Assembly: GCA_023412755.1 (NCBI GenBank)
Contig: JAEZCB010000091.1
Span: 1 to 48,464 of the forward strand
Direction: 5' to 3'
From: Bacteroidota bacterium
GTDB taxonomy: Bacteria; Bacteroidota; Bacteroidia; Flavobacteriales_F; PHOS-HE28
DNA length: 48,464 nt
Shown: positions 18,826-25,797 of the stretch, piece by piece
How positions within the stretch are numbered: the first letter of the stretch is position 1
Layout: each line of letters starts with the position of its first letter
The notes under the pieces: model-generated
The model's input: the letters and a program-made list of their open reading frames with translations, nothing else
Told to the model about the DNA's origin: nothing
The model's database searches: none
Made by a program: the position numbers and the translations under genes

Positions 18826-19536
18826 CTAGATGCCCGGACCCACTGGCTCTTCAATGTCCACCATTTCCCTTTGCTCGATCATGCTCTTGATCGTTTCGGG
18901 ACAGAGGTAGCTGTTGCGGATCCTGGCCTTGTACGCTTCCGGCAAGTCATCATGGCCCAGTATGAATTCCTTGCACTGGATCAGGTAATCGCCGCAGCCA
19001 TGATCTACCGCGTATGTGTCGGCCGCCTTTTCCGCATCGCGCAGGTACTTCTTGGAAGTGAGGTATTTGAAGCCGAACACCACCAGGCCCATGGAGGAGC
19101 GTTCGTGGTAATCCATGATGTGTCCCAATTCATGCACCAACCAACCGATCAAAACATCCGAAGGCACGCCACTGATCGCCTCGGTCTGCTGGTCCACGAA
19201 GAACCGTTCGCTTATGTTGATGATGTAGTACCTACCCTTTCCCTTGAACAGGCCGCGAGGCTGCGCCTGCATCATGGACTTCTTGATGTCCTTCTTGAAA
19301 CGGAATTCGATGCTTGCGCTCTCCAGTGCGGGAAAGTAGGAGAGGGCGATCTCCGCTTCGCACCCGATGATGTCCGGAATGACCTTGTTGGTGAAAGCCG
19401 CCTTACCGGGATCATGGGCTTTTACCTGGCGCGGCAGCAAGAACCCAACGGCCAGAACAAGAAATGAGAGGAGGAATGAGATCGACACTGACTGTAGAAC
19501 GCGGAACCGAGGCTTAAAGATACAAGGGGCATCCAA
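18826..19536 (-). CDS. Membrane-anchored putative zinc metallopeptidase (HExxH)
   Basis: The sequence WLVHELGHIMDY contains HELGH. N-terminal anchor ISFLLSFLVLAVGFLL. The start is non-ATG: TTG at 19536, or GTG at 19488. Family not recognised. Confidence 0.5.
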   Translation of the reverse strand: MDAPCIFKPRFRVLQSVSISFLLSFLVLAVGFLLPRQVKAHDPGKAAFTNKVIPDIIGCEAEIALSYFPALESASIEFRFKKDIKKSMMQAQPRGLFKGKGRYYIINISERFFVDQQTEAISGVPSDVLIGWLVHELGHIMDYHERSSMGLVVFGFKYLTSKKYLRDAEKAADTYAVDHGCGDYLIQCKEFILGHDDLPEAYKARIRNSYLCPETIKSMIEQREMVDIEEPVGPGI

Positions 19537-19672
19537 GTGTATCGCTCAGATCGGACGAATTCGCCTCTCGTTCGGACCAAGTGCCCCAACCAATGGGTAA
19601 AATGTGCGTGATGCCTTTGCATGACCACGGAACGATCATCTTTGAGTTGCCTTCAACCAAAGATCCCACCAC

Positions 19673-20293
19673 ATGGCCCACATCAAGATCGGCAATTCGC
19701 TACCAGGCATACTCGGTCTGCTATACTACAAGCCATCCACTGGAAAAGCGCTCTCGCGTTTCACACAGACGCTGATGAGGGGGCCCTCGTCACTCACATC
19801 CAGTGAGCGCGAACTGATCGCCGCCCATGTATCAAGCTTGAATGACTGCACGTTCTGTCATCGTTCACACGCAGCGGCCGCCACGGCCTATCTGGAGGAT
19901 GATGGACGAACGACGGCGTGTATGATGGAGGATCTGGACACAGCATCTTTAAGCGATCGGATGAAAGCGTTGCTGCGCGTTGCGGCGCAGGTGCAGCAGG
20001 GCGGACGCCGCGTAGCAGCAGAGCATGTGCTGGCAGCCCGCCAGGCCGGTGCATCCGATGAGGATCTGCATGATACGGTATTGGTGGCGGCGGCCTTCTG
20101 TATGTTCAACAGGTATGTGGACGGGCTGGGCACCAGCCTTCCGGCCTCGAACAATGATTATGTCACCATGGGCCAGAGACTCGCATCCAAGGGGTATGGC
20201 TATCCGCCATTCTTCCTCCGGAAATTCGTTGTGCGGATGATGGAAAAGACCTTTTCCAGGGATCGCAGAAAGGCGGAGGTGGTGGCGGAATGA
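19673..20293 (+). CDS. Carboxymuconolactone decarboxylase / AhpD-like peroxidase-related protein
   Basis: ATG at 19673. SERELIAAHVSSLNDCTFCHRSH carries the AhpD-type CxxC(H) core. Confidence 0.7.
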   Translation: MAHIKIGNSLPGILGLLYYKPSTGKALSRFTQTLMRGPSSLTSSERELIAAHVSSLNDCTFCHRSHAAAATAYLEDDGRTTACMMEDLDTASLSDRMKALLRVAAQVQQGGRRVAAEHVLAARQAGASDEDLHDTVLVAAAFCMFNRYVDGLGTSLPASNNDYVTMGQRLASKGYGYPPFFLRKFVVRMMEKTFSRDRRKAEVVAE

Positions 20294-20330
20294 GGTTTCC
20301 CATATGCCTGTGTAACACTGGCCATCCAGC

Positions 20331-22058
20331 TCAACGATGTTCCTGCGACTGTTCCACAGGTTGGATCACGCGCGGCAGATTGGCTATGCCCAACTCCTTC
20401 ACCACAAGTTCATCCCAGGGTTTGAGGGCATCGCGATCGCTGCCGTTGCGCGTATGTTTCATATACATGTCCAGCCGGTTGTTCAATTCCCGGCTGTGGT
20501 GCGTGTGGATCTTCACGGCCTTGCCCACTGTCATGCCCGGCTCCCTCAAACTGGCCTCCATCTTCCGCCGTTCCATCTCGCATAGATCGAAGTAGATGTT
20601 GATGAAGGCATCCGTCCAGGGAAGTGGTTTCGCAAGATAGACCGAACGGTGCGGCCCGAATACCGCACAGGAGAACCAGTGCAGATCGCCTTTGGCCGTA
20701 TCCATTTCCAGATATAGCCGTGTATACAATTGAATGCGATCCGGATCCGGAGGCCCATGCGCTGTGCGCACCCATGCACCAGTGATGTCCTCGTAAGTCA
20801 ATCGGTCTTCTGGAGACCAGGCTATGAAAACAGGCCGCAGCAGATCATTATGCTCGGTCAATTCGCCGTACCAGGCATTGTTCCGCAGATCATGCGCGGC
20901 AATGAAGGCATGGTCTTTCAATTGCTTTTCCGTGGGCAGGGGTGGCGTCATGCGGGACCAGAAGATGGTATCCTCGGGAAGCCAGAAGATCTTGCGGTAT
21001 TCCTCCAGCAGATCGGGCCAATGGAATTGTGTTGGAATGAAAGGAGCACCATGGTCGAACGCGTGCATGATCGCATGGCTCTGGAAGTGATCGCTCATAT
21101 CCGGACCCGTGTAGGCGGTGTTGTACGCGAGTTCCATCACTTGTGGCAGGTATGGTGGCTCCGTGGTCCAGGTTTGCCTGTAGCGCATATCAACGGAATC
21201 GATACGGCCTTCAGGAAAAAGCGGGATGAAGGGGTGTCTCGGGCAGCTGGTGCAGGCCAGTTCAAAGGCGCGCACTTGTGCCGAACCTTTTGCAAGCCAC
21301 AGGTCCATGGTGAAGGCACCTTGGGAAGGATCCCTGGGCGTGGCGCGCAAATGGTCCACACCATCGTGGTCCACGGCCGCTTCGATCAATTCAACGAGAA
21401 ATTCCTGTTTCAGCGCTTTTCTGGAGGTATGGGCCAGCGGCGATAGCGGGAAGCGGCTCTGCCGGGCATGCACGTCCAACAGCGCGAAAGCCCGTGCCGT
21501 ATTGAAATTGATGAAGTGTTTATCGTCCTTCGGAGCAATGCCGATCTTGCCCCGTTTGAAGTCCAGGCCGGTGATCATGGCGGCTTTCAGGGTCACGCTG
21601 AAGTAAGCGTGCATCAGCTCCACAGGCTGTTCATCACTATGTGTTTCCAGACCATAGAAAAGCTTGGCCTCGATCTCAGGTGCGCGCCTCAACCATTTTG
21701 AAGCGGCCACCACACGGGCATACAGATCCTCACCTGGCCTCACCACCGCTTCAGCCAGTTCATGCACCGCCCGTTCCAGCAGTATGTGGGTGCCATCCAG
21801 GGCGGCAGTGAAGGGGATCACAAGGGTCTTATATCCGATGAAGGAAATGCGCAGACTATCATCAACACCCTGCAATGGCAGTCCGAACCAGCCTTCGGAG
21901 TTGGTTATGGTACCCCGGCTGGTACCCATGAGCAGCACAGTGGCGTATGGCAGCGGGTGGCCTTGCTGCGCATCCATCACGCGCGCGATCACGGTGGTCT
22001 GCGCGTTGGCAGCGGCAAGCGAAAGCAGCCCGATCCACAAGGACCATATCCTGTACAT
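20331..22058 (-). CDS. Secreted CarboxypepD_reg-like domain protein with an uncharacterised ~480-aa C-terminal region
   Basis: ATG at 22058. Signal peptide MYRIWSLWIGLLSLAAANAQ. The stretch VIARVMDAQQGHPLPYATVLLMGTSRGTITNSEGWFGL...ISFIGYKT is the classic carboxypeptidase-regulatory fold motif. I saw no TonB plug or barrel motifs after it. Confidence 0.65.
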   Translation of the reverse strand: MYRIWSLWIGLLSLAAANAQTTVIARVMDAQQGHPLPYATVLLMGTSRGTITNSEGWFGLPLQGVDDSLRISFIGYKTLVIPFTAALDGTHILLERAVHELAEAVVRPGEDLYARVVAASKWLRRAPEIEAKLFYGLETHSDEQPVELMHAYFSVTLKAAMITGLDFKRGKIGIAPKDDKHFINFNTARAFALLDVHARQSRFPLSPLAHTSRKALKQEFLVELIEAAVDHDGVDHLRATPRDPSQGAFTMDLWLAKGSAQVRAFELACTSCPRHPFIPLFPEGRIDSVDMRYRQTWTTEPPYLPQVMELAYNTAYTGPDMSDHFQSHAIMHAFDHGAPFIPTQFHWPDLLEEYRKIFWLPEDTIFWSRMTPPLPTEKQLKDHAFIAAHDLRNNAWYGELTEHNDLLRPVFIAWSPEDRLTYEDITGAWVRTAHGPPDPDRIQLYTRLYLEMDTAKGDLHWFSCAVFGPHRSVYLAKPLPWTDAFINIYFDLCEMERRKMEASLREPGMTVGKAVKIHTHHSRELNNRLDMYMKHTRNGSDRDALKPWDELVVKELGIANLPRVIQPVEQSQEHR

Positions 22059-22093
22059 GTGCTCAATATAATCACACTGGATCGAAGCCGTAG

Positions 22094-22348
22094 CTAGTGC
22101 CTGAACCGCACAAAGAGCCGCCCGAAATTGTCCCTGTCCTTGTCTATGCGGTGGTAGGTGTTCTTCACCTCGGGCCGTTGCAGGAAACGCAGCACTTTCT
22201 TCTTCAACTGGCCGCTGCCCTTGCCCGGAATGATCTCCAGCATTTCGATGCGCCGGTCGATGCAGAATTCCATGGCCTCCTGCAAAGCCCGATCGATCTG
22301 TTCTCCCTTGTTGAAGATGTCGTGCAGGTCGAGCTTATGCTTGGACAT
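22094..22348 (-). CDS. Small stand-alone Smr-domain protein
   Basis: The track start 22408 is TTG; the first ATG is 22348, giving 84 aa. MSKHKLDLHD...EMLEIIPGKGSGQLKKKV matches the Smr LDLHG / G.G.G layout. Confidence 0.7.
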   Translation of the reverse strand: MSKHKLDLHDIFNKGEQIDRALQEAMEFCIDRRIEMLEIIPGKGSGQLKKKVLRFLQRPEVKNTYHRIDKDRDNFGRLFVRFRH

Positions 22349-22404
22349 GGTCTGGTAGGAAGTGGGGTTGGTGCTTGAGGGGGTACTGAAGCGTTTATGG
22401 AACG

Positions 22405-22689
22405 TCAATATTTGTGTTCCGCCCAGTCCTTATTCCGTTCGAACAAGAGTTGCGCGTACGAGCATAGTGGCTTCAACTTCAGACCATGTGCTAGTGCATG
22501 TTCCACCGCTGCCTGCACTAGGCTTCTGCCCACACCTTTGCCTTGGAACGCCTCCTCCACATCGGTATGATCGAGTATCATGCGATCATCGCCATCCATG
22601 CGGTACGCGAGTTCGCCTGCTTGTTCTCCTTCATCATCCAGGGCGATGAAGCTCCCCAGATCCCCTTCCGGCCGGTGTTCGATCTTCAT
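22405..22689 (-). CDS. Small GNAT-family N-acetyltransferase (YjdJ-like, ~94 aa)
   Basis: ATG at 22689. The stretch VEEAFQGKGVGRSLVQAAVEHA is the Q/RxxGxG/A acetyl-CoA motif. The C-terminal LKPLCSYA is typical of the short GNAT family. Confidence 0.7.
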   Translation of the reverse strand: MKIEHRPEGDLGSFIALDDEGEQAGELAYRMDGDDRMILDHTDVEEAFQGKGVGRSLVQAAVEHALAHGLKLKPLCSYAQLLFERNKDWAEHKY

Positions 22690-22963
22690 GCCGTGAAGTT
22701 ATCATTGCCACATGGTCTTCTTCACTTGGGATCGGCCGCGATCTTCCGGGAAGGGCTCCAACCAGTTTCCTGAAGTCCCGGGCGGGCCTCGGCTCTGCGT
22801 GCAGTATCAAACCCTTCTTCACCAGTCCTATGGAGCCGGCCAAGGTGGATCAGTGTATCTGCTGTGAAGATCGAATGAATGTTGATGAAGCCGCTAGTAA
22901 AATGAAGCCTTGGGTATCCATGGATATCCACAGCTCCGGTACTTTGGTCCCAAACATCAGAAC

Positions 22964-23860
22964 ATGTCACGTCAGCATTGGATACTCGTCCCGCTAGCTG
23001 CGCTCCTGCTCCTCGGTACTTCCTGCGTCTCCAAGAAGAAGTACACGGCGTTGCGCCTTTCCAACGAAACACTCCACAACAAGCTCAGCGAATGCAACCT
23101 GGCGCTGGATGGCTGCCGTGGTGAGAAGTCGGTGTTGGATGCCCGGCTAGCGGAAGTGGAGAACAAGAACCAGCACCTGCGCGACCAGGTGAACCAGCTC
23201 AACAATACGAACGCGGCCCTGCTGAACAATGTGAGCCAGATGGCCACCCTGAGTCAGAAGGAGGCCGCCAACCTGGAAAGATCCCTCGAACAGATACGAG
23301 AACAGGACCTGCGGATCCGCACGCTGCAGGATGCGTTGACCAAGAAGGATAGTGTTACCCTGGCGTTGGTGGTGAGCTTGAAGAGTTCGCTCGGTAACTT
23401 GAACGATACCGATGTGGTGGTGAATGTGGAGAAGAGTGTGGTGTTCATCGAACTGAGCGACAAGATGCTCTTCAAGAGCGGAAGTACCGAGCTTTCCACG
23501 CGTGCAAGGGAAGTGCTGGGTAAAGTTGCCACCGTTCTCAATTCCAAACCCGATCAGGAAGTGTTGGTGGAGGGGCATACGGACAACGTACCCATCAAGC
23601 GTGATTGTTTCAGGGACAACTGGGACCTCAGTGCATCACGGGCAGTGGCCATCACACGTGTGTTGCAGAACGAATTCAACGTGGATCCATCCCGGATCAC
23701 CGCCGCCGGAAGGAGCGAATACGTGCCGTTGGCTGAGAACGATACCGCAGAGGGCAGAAGCCGGAATCGCCGCATACGCATTGTGATCCTTCCCAAGCTC
23801 GATCAGTTCTACGGCATGATCGAAGATGGTTTGAAAACAGCCACAGGTCTGGATCAGTAG
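22964..23860 (+). CDS. OmpA/MotB-family lipoprotein with an N-terminal coiled coil
   Basis: The track start 22910 is TTG. The ATG at 22964 gives MSRQHWILVPLAALLLLGTSC (lipobox). Then a coiled coil (LAEVENKNQHLRDQVNQLNNTNAALLNN) and OmpA_C (LVEGHTDNVP...NWDLSASRAVAI...GRSRNRRIRIVILP). Confidence 0.85.
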   Translation: MSRQHWILVPLAALLLLGTSCVSKKKYTALRLSNETLHNKLSECNLALDGCRGEKSVLDARLAEVENKNQHLRDQVNQLNNTNAALLNNVSQMATLSQKEAANLERSLEQIREQDLRIRTLQDALTKKDSVTLALVVSLKSSLGNLNDTDVVVNVEKSVVFIELSDKMLFKSGSTELSTRAREVLGKVATVLNSKPDQEVLVEGHTDNVPIKRDCFRDNWDLSASRAVAITRVLQNEFNVDPSRITAAGRSEYVPLAENDTAEGRSRNRRIRIVILPKLDQFYGMIEDGLKTATGLDQ

Positions 23861-23879
23861 GCGAAATAGCAGATCACAG

Positions 23880-23921
23880 GAACGGCGCAGGCTCAAGGGC
23901 ATGCGCCGTTCTTTATCTGTT
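23880..23921 (+). terminator. Rho-independent terminator after the OmpA lipoprotein gene
   Basis: Perfect 10-bp stem: GAACGGCGCA (23880-23889) pairs with TGCGCCGTTC (23902-23911). The loop is 12 nt and a T-rich tail TTTATCTGTT follows. It lies 20 nt after the stop. Confidence 0.7.
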
Positions 23922-23989
23922 CCAGCCAAAATATCCTAAGATCATACGGTGCGCTGGCGATCACCCGTTCGGCGCAAAAACCACTCTCC

Positions 23990-25366
23990 ATGGAAGACCA
24001 CCACGCCGATCATGCCCAGGACCCACCGGTGAAAACTTCTGCCAGCCGTACCGGTTGGATCCGCCACTCCATGACCGTACGGGCCATCGTAGTAGGCATA
24101 CTCATCCTACTGTTGCTGATCCCGCTTGCCATGGTGGACGATCTCATAAGGGAGAGGTCGTACCGAAAGGAAGAGGCTGTACAGTCCATCAGCAATGATT
24201 GGGGGGGCGCACAGACACTGACCGGACCCATCATCGATGTGCCGTATGATGAGGTGGTGCGCGTGTCGGTAACGGGTGGCTATGAGGATCGCACGGTGCG
24301 CCGTTACGCGCATTTCCTGCCAGCCGAGCTCCATGCACAGGCGGATCTGGAGCCGCACAAGAAGCACCGTGGCATCTACGATGTGGCCGTTTATGGCAGC
24401 CGTACGCGTATGACCGGACACTTCAGTGCATTGGCGAACACCAACCTGGTCACGAACGGCGAATTGCGTTGGGATGAGGCACGGCTCGTGGTGGGCATCA
24501 GTGATCTGCGGAGTATCAAGGAACAGGTGGTGGTTCGGATCGGTGGCCGTACCATCCAACTCGAACCCGGACTGCATGGCCATGAAGTGGTGCGGAATGG
24601 ATTGAGTGTTCCATTCCCCCTTACTCCGGAAGAGATCGCTGAGAAGCTCGCGTTCGAAACGGAGCTTGCCATCAACGGAAGTGGCACCTACATGCTGGTG
24701 CCGGTTGGCAAGATCACCAAGGCCGAATGTGCCAGCACATGGAAGGATCCCAGTTTCACCGGCGCCTACCTGCCCGAGCCACAGGATACGTCGAGCGTGG
24801 ATAGGAATGGCTTCCATGCGCGCTGGACAGTGCTCCACCTGAACCGCCCGTACCCTCAGGAATTCACCGGTGCCAAGCTCGAGGAACTCGAGGCAAGCGC
24901 CTTCGGTGTATGGCTCATGCAACCTGTGGACGAATACCATAAGAACGAACGTGCGAGCAAGTACGGCATCATGCTCATCGTGCTGGTCTTCGTTGTCTTC
25001 TTCTTCGTGGAGGTCTTGCAGCAACTTAGGATCCACCCGATCCAGTATCTATTGGTGGGCTTCGCACTTTGTGTGTTCTATACCTTATTGCTGGCGATCA
25101 GTGAGCATCTGGGCTTCGCCTGGGCCTACATCATTTCCGCCACGGCCACCATCATGCTGGTTGTGGCCTATGCGCACGGCGTATTCAAGGTGCGGCGGGC
25201 ATCCCAGCTGCTTGGCCTGATCATGCTGCTGGTGTTCGGCTTCATGTTCGCGTTGATCCACCAACAGGACTATGCGTTGCTCTTTGGCAGCATTGGCCTG
25301 TTCATCACCCTGGCCCTGGTGATGTGGGTGAGCCGGCGGATAGATTGGAATGGAGAGGGTAGGTGA
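23990..25366 (+). CDS. creD: Cell envelope integrity inner-membrane protein CreD
   Basis: ATG at 23990. IRERSYRKEEAVQSISNDWGGAQTLTGPII and the C-terminal TM block RASKYGIMLIVLVFVVFFFVEVLQQLRIHPIQYLLVGFALCVFYTLLLAISEHLGF are collinear with E. coli CreD (recalled from memory). Confidence 0.85.
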   Translation: MEDHHADHAQDPPVKTSASRTGWIRHSMTVRAIVVGILILLLLIPLAMVDDLIRERSYRKEEAVQSISNDWGGAQTLTGPIIDVPYDEVVRVSVTGGYEDRTVRRYAHFLPAELHAQADLEPHKKHRGIYDVAVYGSRTRMTGHFSALANTNLVTNGELRWDEARLVVGISDLRSIKEQVVVRIGGRTIQLEPGLHGHEVVRNGLSVPFPLTPEEIAEKLAFETELAINGSGTYMLVPVGKITKAECASTWKDPSFTGAYLPEPQDTSSVDRNGFHARWTVLHLNRPYPQEFTGAKLEELEASAFGVWLMQPVDEYHKNERASKYGIMLIVLVFVVFFFVEVLQQLRIHPIQYLLVGFALCVFYTLLLAISEHLGFAWAYIISATATIMLVVAYAHGVFKVRRASQLLGLIMLLVFGFMFALIHQQDYALLFGSIGLFITLALVMWVSRRIDWNGEGR

Positions 25367-25722
25367 TGGAGCGTATCGCTCCGGCCTCATCCGTGCATAA
25401 TGTTGGCCGGTCATCAGATGGCTAAGTACTGTGGTAAGAACAGAGCGATCCTACCATCAGCGCATGATCGTGGTGCTAACAGATATCGCGATGCGCATGG
25501 AGGATTTTGAAGGGGCACGCGGTGTGATCCTAATGATCACAAGGCCTCAGTTCATCAGCTGCAATATCAGCGATGGCAGGCACGGTGCCCATGAATGATC
25601 TTGGCATCATACGCATATGGTCGCTTCAACCACACCTTGATGACCCTGTACCAGGTATGGGATAGAATAGGATCATTGGTACACTGCGTAAGCGCGGAAG
25701 GGATAGAAGCGGAAACCCCGCA

Positions 25723-25743
25723 CCCCGGCATGCTTGGCCGGGG
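25723..25743 (-). terminator. GC hairpin, candidate terminator for ftsK
   Basis: CCCCGGC (25723-25729), loop ATGCTTG, GCCGGGG (25737-25743). It lies ~55 nt downstream of the ftsK stop. On the minus strand it is followed by TGCGGGGTTTCCGCTTCT, which is only moderately T-rich. Confidence 0.4.
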
Positions 25744-25797
25744 GAGGAGTTGCAGCGCATAGCCCGGTGACGGCCGCTTTTGGGCCGGCAGTCGCCC

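Noticed and set aside
22915-22926. Perfect 12-bp palindromes TATCCATGGATA (22915-22926) and AACAACGTTGTT (9175-9186).
   Set aside because: They are short and AT-containing, with no repeat copies elsewhere that I could see and no terminator-like context. They are compatible with chance in 48 kb.
25418-25513. A 31-codon ORF (MAKYCGKNR...) and a 28-codon minus-strand ORF in the creD-ftsK spacer.
   Set aside because: There is no supporting signal: no conservation data, no recognisable peptide family, and the codon pattern cannot be distinguished from chance. They are mentioned only as options under the spacer finding.
25523-25541. The palindrome TGTGATC-N5-GATCACA read as a CRP/FNR-type site.
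   Set aside because: The TGTGA and TCACA half-sites are separated by 9 nt, not the 6 nt of the CRP consensus. The site sits between two convergent gene ends with no promoter to regulate. I kept it only as part of the spacer observation.
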